A stretch of 64,000 nt of DNA from positions 96,001-160,000 of the IMG/VR virus record IMGVR_UViG_3300020477_000013. The stretch is one strand, 5' to 3'. The notes beneath the pieces were generated by a model. That model did not search any database. It was not told where the DNA came from and worked only from the letters and a program-made list of their open reading frames with translations. The DNA is from a virus. Taxonomy: Duplodnaviria; Caudoviricetes. The translations under genes were made by a program, and so were the position numbers. The first letter of the stretch is position 1, and each line of letters opens with the position of its first letter. Shown here piece after piece: positions 38,883 through 48,125 of this stretch.

Positions 38883-41033
38883 GTGGAGAGTAAAAGAGAA
38901 TATTTAAGGCTAGTTTTTCTTGCTTTGGTACCAACTCTTTTGGTAATAGCATGTCCAGTGAGTGATGGGGGAGGAAAGCAGTCCTCGATAGACGTCCTTG
39001 TTTCACATGACATCCAGGATGTTAATGATGATTTAGACGTGGAACCTGATACACAGGATGTCGGGCCTGACCCATGGGCTTACCCTTTTCCTGGTAATTC
39101 ATGTGTCCAATGTCAGTGGTATTATTGCCCACCCCTCGACTCAGTTTGGCAAAAGCAGATATGCATAGATCACTGTGAGGATCCGCCTGTTGTACTGCAT
39201 GAGGGTGAATGCGAGGAATATTTGCAGTGTGACCCCACACAGCCCACTATGGAGACCGGCATTCCATGTATTACTGATGACGGGTACCCTGGAACCCAGG
39301 ATAAAATTTGCAACAAAGGCCAGATACAGTATACCAATTGCGAGACAGAGTGCTTCGAAGAGCTGTGCAACGGCATAGACGATGACTGTGATGGGGAAAC
39401 AGACGAAGGGTTTGAGGAATATGAGGAGGTTTGTAATAACATCGATGACAACTGCAACGGTGTAGTTGACGAGGGTGAGTGGGAGTGTGATGAAGGTTGC
39501 GGGCCAGCACCGAACCTGTGCGTCGCGGGTGAATTTATCTGCACCGCACCCCTTCCGGAAGAGGAGATCTGCGACGGCCTGGACAATGACTGCGATGGAC
39601 TAACTGACGAAGACCAGCTAAACGCATGTGGCTCCTGCGGCCTAGAACCAGAAGAGTCATGTAATGGTATAGACGATGACTGTGACGGATTTATAGATGA
39701 AGAGTTAATTCAACCCTGTAGCACATCATGTGGCGAGGGTTACGAGATATGTGACGATGGTAACTGGATTTCATGCAATGCGCCCCCTGTCCTGGATGAG
39801 ATCTGTGACGGTCTGGACAACGACTGCGATGGCCAAATTGATGAAGAGCTACAATGTGTATGCACAATCCAGGATGTAGGTACTCTTTTCCCTTGCAGCG
39901 AACCTCCTCTCCTCTGCGGCCAGGGATATAAGACATGCGAGTGCCTAGATTCAGAGTGCAAGACGATTGTCACGACGCCATGTCATGCCATCTGCTATTG
40001 GTTAGCGGATCCCTGGGGGTCAGATCCATCCTGTGATCCTCATGTGGGCATTGCATTGGTGGATGAGAAGTGTAATAACTTTGATGATGATTGTGACCAA
40101 GATATAGATGAAGACCTATTCTCAGGATGCTATACAGGCCCTGAGGGAACCCTGTACGTAGGAATCTGTGAGCCCGGAGAGATGACATGTAGTGCAGGTA
40201 CATGGGGACACTACAGCGATGAATCCCAAAATTTTATTCCAGGATTCTGTAAAGATGAAGTTACCCCCCAACCTGAAATCTGCAACGGTCAGGATGATGA
40301 TTGTGATGGGGAAACTGACTGGGGCGAAGAGCTTAAGGACACCGATGTCCTGTTTATAATAGACTGGTCCGGGTCAATGAGTGATGAGATATCTGCAATT
40401 ATGACGGCACTAAATCAATTTGCAAATAACTTTAAGGATGAGACTGTGATTCACTGGGGCGTTATCCTCGGTCCAAAGCAGGCCCCCAATTTATATGATG
40501 AGCACCTAGAGCTATATCATAACCTCACAGGGTTTACCGACTTCTTAAACGCAATGTCAAGCCTCACATTTACAGGTATGAATACATCAAAGGAAATGCT
40601 TTTAGACGCCTTATACCTTTCATTACAAAATATTAGTGGGAGTACACCATACGCAGTTCCAGATATGACATGGCTTAATTTTGGAGGAATTGTTGATTCG
40701 GCGCCGCCTAAAGATTCTTTCTCTATTGACTGGCGCCCCGGGGCAGATCGCATAATAATAGTATTCACTGATGAAGTTGAGCAGAGCTACCTCTCACACT
40801 CAGATCCTCCTAGCGGAGCGCACGTCTTGGACTCCAGCATTATTATGTCGATGGCACAGGCAACACCACAGCTTAAAATCTACACTTTCGCCAAAAATGA
40901 GGTATGGCAGTGGGATGAAATAGCGAACAAGACAGGAGGGAAGTTCTTCCCCCTCACGAACAAGCCTACTGAGATGTATATTAGCCTTACAGAAATTTTA
41001 GATGAAATATGTAAGGGCGGTAACACCGAATGA
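38883..41033 (+). CDS. Secreted Cys/Asp-rich protein with seven MopE-type repeats and a C-terminal vWA domain
   Basis: Signal-like N-terminus ending IAC; seven E-x-C-[ND]-x-x-D-[DN]-[DN]-C-[DN] repeats; DVLFIIDWSGSM MIDAS. Confidence 0.85.
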   Translation: MESKREYLRLVFLALVPTLLVIACPVSDGGGKQSSIDVLVSHDIQDVNDDLDVEPDTQDVGPDPWAYPFPGNSCVQCQWYYCPPLDSVWQKQICIDHCEDPPVVLHEGECEEYLQCDPTQPTMETGIPCITDDGYPGTQDKICNKGQIQYTNCETECFEELCNGIDDDCDGETDEGFEEYEEVCNNIDDNCNGVVDEGEWECDEGCGPAPNLCVAGEFICTAPLPEEEICDGLDNDCDGLTDEDQLNACGSCGLEPEESCNGIDDDCDGFIDEELIQPCSTSCGEGYEICDDGNWISCNAPPVLDEICDGLDNDCDGQIDEELQCVCTIQDVGTLFPCSEPPLLCGQGYKTCECLDSECKTIVTTPCHAICYWLADPWGSDPSCDPHVGIALVDEKCNNFDDDCDQDIDEDLFSGCYTGPEGTLYVGICEPGEMTCSAGTWGHYSDESQNFIPGFCKDEVTPQPEICNGQDDDCDGETDWGEELKDTDVLFIIDWSGSMSDEISAIMTALNQFANNFKDETVIHWGVILGPKQAPNLYDEHLELYHNLTGFTDFLNAMSSLTFTGMNTSKEMLLDALYLSLQNISGSTPYAVPDMTWLNFGGIVDSAPPKDSFSIDWRPGADRIIIVFTDEVEQSYLSHSDPPSGAHVLDSSIIMSMAQATPQLKIYTFAKNEVWQWDEIANKTGGKFFPLTNKPTEMYISLTEILDEICKGGNTE

Positions 41034-41647
41034 GAAAGGTAGTAGCTGCAGCGATTATAGTGCTCTTAAGTGCAGTGACATGTGTCGGGCATAATCAGGG
41101 ATCGTCTGTTTTCTTTTCCAACGATTATAAGATAATAAGGGGCGGCTCAACCTGCAATCCAGACGGTGACTTTCCTCAAATGATTATCATCCCATTTTTT
41201 GTTCATGCTACACAGGTCGTTAACGATTGTGATGTTTATGCTAAACACAAAGTTGGGCTTGCACTGTTAATATATTACCACAAGTGGGTCGAGGAATTCG
41301 GGGATCCGGATTTCAAGGTTAGAGAAATGCTAGAGAAAGTTATGATTCAATGGGGAGATCAAGTTAAGATTTCCAAAAGGGGGTTCTCTATTGATGGAGA
41401 ACCATTTACAAACAGGAATATTATTGGCCGTGTTATGGGACCTTCGGTGATCTGGGTTTTCAAGGGAAGAGAAAATAAGATATCAGAGACTGCATTAGTT
41501 CATGAATTGGTGCATCTTTCAATCAGGGCCGAATATGGTGAGCATGGAGATCCGGATCATGAAGGAGGAAAGTATGGAGGCTGGTCTGTGGTTCATACTC
41601 ACATGATTCAGGAGGTTAACCAGATGCTGAGGGCTTTTAATATATAG
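41030..41647 (+). CDS. Secreted HExxH metallopeptidase-like protein
   Basis: Signal peptide; ALVHELVHL. Confidence 0.5.
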   Translation: MRKVVAAAIIVLLSAVTCVGHNQGSSVFFSNDYKIIRGGSTCNPDGDFPQMIIIPFFVHATQVVNDCDVYAKHKVGLALLIYYHKWVEEFGDPDFKVREMLEKVMIQWGDQVKISKRGFSIDGEPFTNRNIIGRVMGPSVIWVFKGRENKISETALVHELVHLSIRAEYGEHGDPDHEGGKYGGWSVVHTHMIQEVNQMLRAFNI

Positions 41648-41744
41648 TTATCTTTGTGAGATACATGTGTATAATCAACATGTCTTTCGTGTCAAAAGAA
41701 TGTGAAGGTACTAATTATACAAGGCGCAACATGGGAGCTAAGTC

Positions 41745-42194
41745 ATGAGTTTAAATTGGGCAAATAATAATCATAATTACGTTCCAGCGTATCAGATGTC
41801 GGGCCTTCCGTTTGCGACCGGATCCGCCTCTACGTCAGAGCTGGCCAACAACGTTGTCGTAAAGGTCAAATTTCCATACGTGACAAGGTGGATTTATGTT
41901 CGGAATAATGGTTCAGGCGATCTTCGCTTAGGTTTTAGCGAGAATGGTGTTAATGCAAATAATGCAAATACATACAATGTGACAGGTTCAAACAGGAACT
42001 ACATTGTTATCCCTGCGGCCGCGGCCGGTAAATTTAGTCACCTTGGACCCCTGGAGGTTAAGTGTACATCTGTTTATCTCCGGCGCGATGCTAGTACTTC
42101 TACTGGGTTCGAACTCATGGCAGGGTATACTGCTATTCCGGAAAATCAATTCCTTGTACTGACTGGGTCGAATGACTTCCAGGGTGTTGGATAA
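41745..42194 (+). CDS. Probable virion beta-sandwich protein
   Basis: Asn/Thr/Gly-rich, beta-strand pattern; SD GGGAG. Confidence 0.45.
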   Translation: MSLNWANNNHNYVPAYQMSGLPFATGSASTSELANNVVVKVKFPYVTRWIYVRNNGSGDLRLGFSENGVNANNANTYNVTGSNRNYIVIPAAAAGKFSHLGPLEVKCTSVYLRRDASTSTGFELMAGYTAIPENQFLVLTGSNDFQGVG

Positions 42195-42199
42195 TTTTT

Positions 42200-42228
42200 T
42201 TATAAATCTTATTGTCTCTCTATAGAAT
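42200..42228 (+). promoter_or_regulatory. Putative promoter TTATAA-N17-TAGAAT (before dnaJ)
   Basis: Family member; ATG only 6 nt after the -10, possibly a leaderless mRNA. Confidence 0.45.
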
Positions 42229-42234
42229 TGGCAT

Positions 42235-43281
42235 ATGGAAAAAGATTATTATGATATCTTAGGCGTATCTAGATCAGCGAATTCTGATGATATAAAAAAA
42301 GCTTATCGAAAGCTAGCTGTTCAATTTCATCCGGATAAAAACCCGGACGATTCAGTTGCAGAAGAAAAATTCAAGGAGATAAGCGAGGCATACAGCATTC
42401 TGTCTGATCCCACAAAGAGGTCACAATATGATTCACCTACGGGGTTTACACATGCCGAGGGCTTTAACACAGCGGGTGATTTCAACGATATCTTTCAGCA
42501 GTTTGGGTTTGACGATATTTTTTCTGGTTTTTTCGGCGGCCGCAGGAGGCGCCGTCAGCAGTCGAGGAACCCCAATATAGAGATGGAGATGGAGATCCCA
42601 TTTCTCGACTCAGTACGCGGCGTGACGAATAAGATTCACCTGCAGCGCCGCGCGTCATGCGGCTCATGTCATGGCTCTGGTGCAAAGTTGGGTAGTAAGC
42701 CTGTGACATGCCCAACATGTAATGGCGCGGGAAGGACAGCACACAGGCAGGGGTTTATGTCTGTGACTATGGGATGCAGTACATGTTCTGGCTCCGGGAA
42801 AATTCTTACTGACCCTTGTTTGTCATGCTCTGGCACAGGCGTAACGCTGGAGACTGAAGAATTTGATATTAGGGTTCCTGCTGGGATTCATGAAGGAGAA
42901 TGTGTTGCTATAAGGGGGATGGGTGAGGTAGTGGATCCCTCTCTTCCACAAGGCGACTTAAATATTTTCATAAAAGTAAAGAAGACAAAAGATTTTGACC
43001 GCCGAGGTAATGATATTTTCTCCGATGTATCAGTACCGTTTGAGATTGCTACGCTGGGAGGTACTGTAGATCTTACGACTATCCACGGGACAAAAAAAGT
43101 GACTGTGCCGAAAGGTACACAGACAGGAAAGACAATTCGTGTAGCAGGTATGGGGGTTCACCATGAAACAGACTCTGCAAAGGGTGATCATTTTGCAAGG
43201 GTAATGATATCTGTTCCCACTACACTTACTGAGGATCAAGAGAATGTTTTGAGGATGTATTTTTCTTTGAACAATACATGA
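42235..43281 (+). CDS. dnaJ: Chaperone DnaJ
   Basis: J-domain with HPD, G/F region, four CxxCxGxG repeats, C-terminal domain. Confidence 0.97.
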   Translation: MEKDYYDILGVSRSANSDDIKKAYRKLAVQFHPDKNPDDSVAEEKFKEISEAYSILSDPTKRSQYDSPTGFTHAEGFNTAGDFNDIFQQFGFDDIFSGFFGGRRRRRQQSRNPNIEMEMEIPFLDSVRGVTNKIHLQRRASCGSCHGSGAKLGSKPVTCPTCNGAGRTAHRQGFMSVTMGCSTCSGSGKILTDPCLSCSGTGVTLETEEFDIRVPAGIHEGECVAIRGMGEVVDPSLPQGDLNIFIKVKKTKDFDRRGNDIFSDVSVPFEIATLGGTVDLTTIHGTKKVTVPKGTQTGKTIRVAGMGVHHETDSAKGDHFARVMISVPTTLTEDQENVLRMYFSLNNT

Positions 43282-43326
43282 TAACGGTTTAATTTTTTAA
43301 CTAAGAAGCAAAAGGAGCCGCAAGGG

Positions 43327-43545
43327 ATGGATACCATCGAAGATCTCAAGAAGCTTAATAAAGAGCTCAATGAAGAGATTAATAACTTAGAGTCTGATCT
43401 TGAATTTTGCCGAAGGGAACTAGCCGAATCCGTACGGGACGACATAGAATACCAGGCGACAATTCGAAAATTGCGTGCAGAAGTCAATAATTTAAAAAAC
43501 AAGATTAAAGTTCTAGAGAGCCCTAACACAGGAGGAGATGAGTAA
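43327..43545 (+). CDS. Coiled-coil hypothetical protein
   Basis: SD AAGGAG; heptads. Confidence 0.65.
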   Translation: MDTIEDLKKLNKELNEEINNLESDLEFCRRELAESVRDDIEYQATIRKLRAEVNNLKNKIKVLESPNTGGDE

Positions 43546-43730
43546 TGGCAATGTCAGTAAAGAAGATGACAGGAATGCCTAGCCCAAAGAAGAAGACGTC
43601 ACAGGGGTGTGGGAAATACACAAAGACATCCCATGCTGGGGGCGAGACTTATTACGGGCATGTGAGGTCTGGGTCACCACCAGGCAAAGCACATAGGAGA
43701 AAGAAGCCTTATAGGGGACAAGGTAGATAA
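43545..43730 (+). CDS. Small basic protein ending YRGQGR
   Basis: KKKTSQGCGK...RRKKPYRGQGR; TAATG coupling. Confidence 0.65.
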   Translation: MAMSVKKMTGMPSPKKKTSQGCGKYTKTSHAGGETYYGHVRSGSPPGKAHRRKKPYRGQGR

Positions 43731-43999
43731 TGCAAGGCCAACCCTGGAAAGTCGAAAAGATATTTGATACATTTGAGCTAGCTGATAAGAAGCGCAAGAA
43801 TATTCTCCGAAATTCAGAAAATGTAAGTGTGAAGGTTAAGAGGATGTCAACCGGTAAATTTGCCGTGAAGACTAGGACACAGCACGTTGATGCCTCCGCG
43901 GTGGCTAGGGAAGATAAGCAGCCCCTTAGTCCAAAAAAGCTTAGGCAGGAAAAGAAGCGCAAAAATCGAGAACGTCGAGCTAAGAAAATGCCGTCCTAA
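43730..43999 (+). CDS. Basic hypothetical protein
   Basis: TAATG coupling. Confidence 0.65.
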   Translation: MQGQPWKVEKIFDTFELADKKRKNILRNSENVSVKVKRMSTGKFAVKTRTQHVDASAVAREDKQPLSPKKLRQEKKRKNRERRAKKMPS

Positions 44000-44012
44000 T
44001 ACCTTCCACTTA

Positions 44013-44041
44013 GTGCAAAAATCGAATATTTATTTTATAAT
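44013..44041 (+). promoter_or_regulatory. Putative promoter GTGCAA-N17-TATAAT
   Basis: Perfect -10; family member. Confidence 0.6.
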
Positions 44042-44066
44042 AATATTGTAAGGCACGGAGGATACC

Positions 44067-44891
44067 ATGGCACGAAAGTCAAGAGAATTGAGACTTTCAC
44101 AATCTAGAGACCTAATGCTTGCTTACGAAGAAGCATGTATGGACTCTGATTATCGATATCGGTTTATCGGTGACATGGTAAGGAGGCTTGAACGCCCTAA
44201 GGCCCTAAGTCAAAAGCAACGAAAGTGGCTGGATTCTCTTATCGACGAGGGGGCCCCCGCGCCTAAAGGCGACCCAGTTCTCATACAGAAGATTAAAGAT
44301 GCTGCTGAGCTTGACGGGATGCAGCATCGCCGTCAGGTTCTATGTGATTTTGCCGGAACGATTTGTAGAGGATATACCCTCAGCGAAAAGCAGTTTAAAT
44401 TTTTGGATATCATGTTATCTGAGGCGGAAGAGATTAGGCAGAATGGAAGGTATCGCCCTGCGGATCCTGGCCGGTTAGCCACCGCAAGTTCGCTGTTGTC
44501 AGGTAAGTCAGAGTGGTATTGGGCTCACCGCCGTGGTACAGCGAAAGCCTATCATAAAGTTCAATCATGGCTTAAGTGGAACACCATGCGAGAGGTGATT
44601 GAAGAAGTTAAGCTGCTTGGCAAAGAAACAAACCACGTTTTAGGTGAAGAGCCGGTTATCGATGAGTGGTCGTGCGAAAAGGTTTTGAAGGCAGCAAAAA
44701 CCGGTTTGTCTGAGATTGACTCTCCTCGTCATGAGGTCGGTGCACTACGTTATGTGGTCCTCGCCGGAAAAAGCATTCCCGGCATGGTAATGACTGAACC
44801 AAAAGTTATGGGTAATGATGTTAAGCAACAAATCCTGGTGGGGGGTGAAATGATTACATGCTCCACTACAGATATTCGTAAAAGAAAATAA
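44067..44891 (+). CDS. Hypothetical protein
   Basis: SD GGAGG; internally repeated LSxKQ helix. Confidence 0.75.
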   Translation: MARKSRELRLSQSRDLMLAYEEACMDSDYRYRFIGDMVRRLERPKALSQKQRKWLDSLIDEGAPAPKGDPVLIQKIKDAAELDGMQHRRQVLCDFAGTICRGYTLSEKQFKFLDIMLSEAEEIRQNGRYRPADPGRLATASSLLSGKSEWYWAHRRGTAKAYHKVQSWLKWNTMREVIEEVKLLGKETNHVLGEEPVIDEWSCEKVLKAAKTGLSEIDSPRHEVGALRYVVLAGKSIPGMVMTEPKVMGNDVKQQILVGGEMITCSTTDIRKRK

Positions 44892-44907
44892 ATGCAGTAA
44901 AAAAGGT

Positions 44908-44936
44908 TTATACACTTAGCACAGTATAGATAGAAT
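44908..44936 (+). promoter_or_regulatory. Putative promoter TTATAC-N17-TAGAAT followed by a short hairpin (44948-44963)
   Basis: Family member; GGGGTC-ACTT-GGCCCC then TTTGTT. Confidence 0.5.
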
Positions 44937-44989
44937 ATTCACAACCTGGGGTCACTTGGCCCCTTTGTTATATTAAAAAAGGTATTAAA

Positions 44990-45352
44990 ATGTTGAGAAT
45001 AATTTTGGTAATAGCGATGATTGCTGTCTCTCTTCTGTTGATGGGTTGCAGTGATGATGTTGTCAATGAGGTATCAGATACCCAGGGGGTTTCTGTATCG
45101 GAGGACGCTTTGGGCTCGGATGCATCTGGGTTAGATGCTGAGGGTTCTCCAGCAGATGCTGGTGAAGCTTCCACCGACGTTGACGAGCAAGATAGTGCTG
45201 CCTCAGAGGGTGGTGATTCTGTACCAGCAGAGCCCATTGGCGATGATGCCGAGGAACTACCCTCAGATCCAACTGAGAATCCTGGTGATCAGTCAGCACA
45301 TTATTCATTTCCCGCTTGGGAAATTCCACCTTCAAATGACGATAACAGATAG
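44990..45352 (+). CDS. Acidic low-complexity lipoprotein
   Basis: Hydrophobic signal with LLMGC lipobox; Asp/Glu/Ser-rich body. Confidence 0.7.
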   Translation: MLRIILVIAMIAVSLLLMGCSDDVVNEVSDTQGVSVSEDALGSDASGLDAEGSPADAGEASTDVDEQDSAASEGGDSVPAEPIGDDAEELPSDPTENPGDQSAHYSFPAWEIPPSNDDNR

Positions 45353-45362
45353 GAGGTTTATC

Positions 45363-45698
45363 ATGAAGGAATTTTTAAAGAAGAATGGTATTTGGGTCGT
45401 TGCAGTTACGGTAATTGTTGCAGTTTTGCTTTGGGTATCTGGTATCGTGGGTAGTTTTGTGCCTGGTGTAGCTACTAACACTAACACAGCCACTGATACT
45501 ACTATCACTGCGCCTGCGTCGACATCTACTTCTGGTGAGAATACAGGTACAACCACAGGTACAACCACAGGTACAACCACAGGTACAACCACAGGTACGA
45601 CGAATACGGGTACAACAACTACACCTGAGAATTCTGTGCCTACGATTGAGGGTACCTCCACGAATGCTGATAAGACGAATATTAATACAGACAATTAA
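45363..45698 (+). CDS. Membrane-anchored Thr-rich protein (start moved to ATG 45363)
   Basis: SD AGGAGG; TM IWVVAVTVIVAVLLWV; (GTTT)n. Confidence 0.75.
   Translation: MKEFLKKNGIWVVAVTVIVAVLLWVSGIVGSFVPGVATNTNTATDTTITAPASTSTSGENTGTTTGTTTGTTTGTTTGTTNTGTTTTPENSVPTIEGTSTNADKTNINTDN
45543..45598 (+). repeat. 12-bp tandem repeat ACAGGTACAACC x4.7
   Basis: Four perfect units plus ACAGGTAC. Confidence 0.9.
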
Positions 45699-45720
45699 TA
45701 TACGCTATTAAGCATGCCAT

Positions 45721-45754
45721 AAAAGGCATCCCCGGCATCGGGGATGCCTTTTTT
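45721..45754 (+). terminator. Intrinsic terminator (potentially bidirectional)
   Basis: AAAAGGCATCCCCG-GCAT-CGGGGATGCCTTTTTT. Confidence 0.9.
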
Positions 45755-45795
45755 ATTATAACCATGTCTATACCACGTAGTGCCACACATGATGC

Positions 45796-45824
45796 TTGTA
45801 CACTGTATGTGGGTTATATAAGGT
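45796..45824 (+). promoter_or_regulatory. Putative promoter TTGTAC-N17-TAAGGT for tRNA-Arg(CCT)
   Basis: Family member 7 nt upstream of the tRNA. Confidence 0.4.
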
Positions 45825-45831
45825 TTAACAT

Positions 45832-45905
45832 GTTCTCGTAGCTCAGCTGGATAGAGCGACCGCCTCCTAAGCGGTAGGTCGCAGGTTCGAATCCTGCCGG
45901 GAACG
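45832..45905 (+). tRNA. tRNA-Arg (anticodon CCT), CCA not encoded
   Basis: GTTCTCG/CGGGAAC acceptor stem, loop CTCCTAA, TTCGAAT. Confidence 0.93.
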
Positions 45906-45906
45906 A

Positions 45907-46215
45907 TTAATACTCACTATCGGAAGCATCAGGTAGTCTCATTGTTATCCTGCCGCTTTCAAGCTCGTCAGAAAGGAATTTTTGTGTATAAGATAATTCA
46001 TGCCTAAATTTTTCGAGTTGCCGTTCGACATGATGATATTCTACGTTGACTAATTCTTCTATTTTGTTTAGCCTATCATGGACTCCGGCGTCCCATTCAT
46101 ATTCTGCTGACATTTTTTTTCTTTCTAAGATAATTCCTATAGAGAAGCCAAGAACAAATGCAGCCGCTACTGCGGCTACAAAAACAATGACGTCCATTAT
46201 TTCCAACCCAATCAT
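45907..46215 (-). CDS. Single-TM hypothetical protein (start 46215 or 46197)
   Basis: VIVFVAAVAAAFVLGFSIGIIL TM then coiled coil. Confidence 0.65.
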   Translation of the reverse strand: MIGLEIMDVIVFVAAVAAAFVLGFSIGIILERKKMSAEYEWDAGVHDRLNKIEELVNVEYHHVERQLEKFRHELSYTQKFLSDELESGRITMRLPDASDSEY

Positions 46216-46220
46216 GATTT

Positions 46221-46228
46221 TATAAATA
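46221..46228 (-). promoter_or_regulatory. TATTTATA motif on the minus strand
   Basis: Sense-oriented to the minus-strand gene. Confidence 0.35.
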
Positions 46229-46291
46229 AGCGATAGCAATTAACTTATACACATAATGGAAAATTAAATCTTATTACGAGGTAGTAGGCTG

Positions 46292-47365
46292 ATGGCAGTA
46301 ACTAAAATTCATTACAGCAGAACGAGCGAAGGGGGGGTGGAACGAGCAGTCGGTCACGCCCTGAAAGCTTACCCAGGTACACTTTTAATATTCGTGGCCG
46401 ATTCGTCTAAAATATATGATGCAGTACGAGAGCGTTATCCTTTTCATGCTTGTATTCTTGCCGATAAGGAGCCTGATGAAGTCGTACCTGATATACTTAA
46501 GGAAAAGCGTATTGACATCAAGCAAGCAACATTTGTAATTGCATGCAACAGCGACCAGAAAGCCTTAAGGTATGTTGTATATATCACTGAGAATGGTGGG
46601 AAATATTTTCCCTGTGAAGACTCAAGGACGGCACAATATTTTCACATTAATGATAAGTGCTTTAGCATTGTAAATAGGCTGATGTGGATAGCACCAAGCC
46701 ATGTATCGGTCGACCAGTGGTGTAACATTATTCAGGCTATCGATATGACTTCCGATCTCACTGGCTCATACGTCGAGATAGGTGTGTTTAGAGGTTCTAG
46801 TGCAAAAGTTGCGTATGATTATTATAATACCATATGTAGGGAACAGACATGCTATTTTTTAGATACGTTTGGAGGGTTTCTTTATGATAGTGCTAAGGAC
46901 AGCCCTGACGCTAGGTGGGCAGAGGCCGATTTGCATGTTGTAGAGGATCATCCTATTTTCGGTAATTTGAAAGAGCAAGTTGGGGCATATTTGGATGGTA
47001 AGGCGGTGACTGCACATGGCGTGCTAGTACCTCCAGCTTCATGTACTAGCGGCACCCCGGATTCAACATATGCGGAATATAAATTGGTATCATGTGATAT
47101 TTGTGAAGATAACCTCCCTGGGGAGATAAAAAAGATCGCGGTATGTAATATCGACGTTGACCTCCAGGGTGCTATTGAGGCTGCTCTAAGAAAGTGTCAT
47201 CCTGTGATGGAATCAGGTGGTATAATGATAGTTCAAGACCCCGGAAAGACTCCTAGGCTTATCGGCGCCCGCCACGGTCTAGATAAATTCATGCAAGAGT
47301 TTGGCTCTAATTATCACCAAGTATACCTTGAGTCGTCAGGTCAGACTTACCTTATCAAGAAATAA
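46292..47365 (+). CDS. TylF/MycF-like SAM-dependent O-methyltransferase with N-terminal extra domain
   Basis: GSYVEIGVFRGSS, LDTFGG, NIDVDL, GGIMIVQD. Confidence 0.7.
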   Translation: MAVTKIHYSRTSEGGVERAVGHALKAYPGTLLIFVADSSKIYDAVRERYPFHACILADKEPDEVVPDILKEKRIDIKQATFVIACNSDQKALRYVVYITENGGKYFPCEDSRTAQYFHINDKCFSIVNRLMWIAPSHVSVDQWCNIIQAIDMTSDLTGSYVEIGVFRGSSAKVAYDYYNTICREQTCYFLDTFGGFLYDSAKDSPDARWAEADLHVVEDHPIFGNLKEQVGAYLDGKAVTAHGVLVPPASCTSGTPDSTYAEYKLVSCDICEDNLPGEIKKIAVCNIDVDLQGAIEAALRKCHPVMESGGIMIVQDPGKTPRLIGARHGLDKFMQEFGSNYHQVYLESSGQTYLIKK

Positions 47366-47379
47366 GAGGAAGGTGCTCA

Positions 47380-47994
47380 ATGATTAAGTTGCTAGGGAAG
47401 GTGCCACGCAAGATATACGTTGCTTGTTCTGGTGGTTCCGATTCGATTGCTGCTTTAGATTTTTTAAGGCGTGGCAATCGGGATGTGTCTGCATGTTATT
47501 TTGACCATGTGACAGATCACAGCCCTGTAGCATGTGATGCAGTCAGTTCATATTGTAGCGAGCATGGTTTATCACTCACTTTAGGTAGTTGTAAGCGCAC
47601 GAAAAGCAAGGGGGAGAGCTGGGAGGAGTATTGGAGAAATGAGAGGCTAGATTTCTTTCACTCTTTAGATGCACCAGTGGTTACAGGACATACATTAGAC
47701 GACGTGTGTGAGTGGTGGGTGTTTACTTCGCTGACTGGGGTTCCTCGATTGATCCCATATGCACATAAAAACGTCATTAGGCCATTCATGCTAACACCAA
47801 AGGCTGATATGGTTTCGTGGTGTGAGAAGAAGGGAATCAAATTCGTTGAAGACCCGTCGAATTTTAGTGACAAGTATATGAGGTCGTTTATCAGAAAAAA
47901 TATGATGCCTCATGCACTTTATGTGAACCCTGGGTTTTATAAAGTTATGAGAAAAAAGCTAATCGATGAAACATCACACTTGGGAAGTGTATAG
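47380..47994 (+). CDS. tilS: tRNA(Ile)-lysidine synthetase, catalytic domain only
   Basis: SGGSDS PP-loop, FDH, RNER, TGHTLDDxxE, IRP, EDPSN...YMRSFIR. Confidence 0.85.
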   Translation: MIKLLGKVPRKIYVACSGGSDSIAALDFLRRGNRDVSACYFDHVTDHSPVACDAVSSYCSEHGLSLTLGSCKRTKSKGESWEEYWRNERLDFFHSLDAPVVTGHTLDDVCEWWVFTSLTGVPRLIPYAHKNVIRPFMLTPKADMVSWCEKKGIKFVEDPSNFSDKYMRSFIRKNMMPHALYVNPGFYKVMRKKLIDETSHLGSV

Positions 47995-48022
47995 TTTGGT
48001 ATACATTTTTTAAGCAATCTTC

Positions 48023-48100
48023 GGGCCCCTAGCTCAATCAGGTTAGAGCAAGCGGCTCATAACCGCTAGGTTCAGGGTTCAAGTCCCTGGGGGCCCACCA
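48023..48100 (+). tRNA. tRNA with CAT anticodon, most likely tRNA-Ile2
   Basis: GGGCCCC/GGGGCCC stem with C4:G69 and C5:G68, loop CTCATAA, A73, CCA; no initiator features; adjacent to tilS. Confidence 0.85.
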
Positions 48101-48125
48101 AAAACTATGAAGACAGGTTTTTATC

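Noticed and set aside
48023-48100. Initiator tRNA-fMet
   Set aside because: It has a paired G1:C72 and lacks three consecutive G:C pairs in the anticodon stem; elongator Met is not fully excluded
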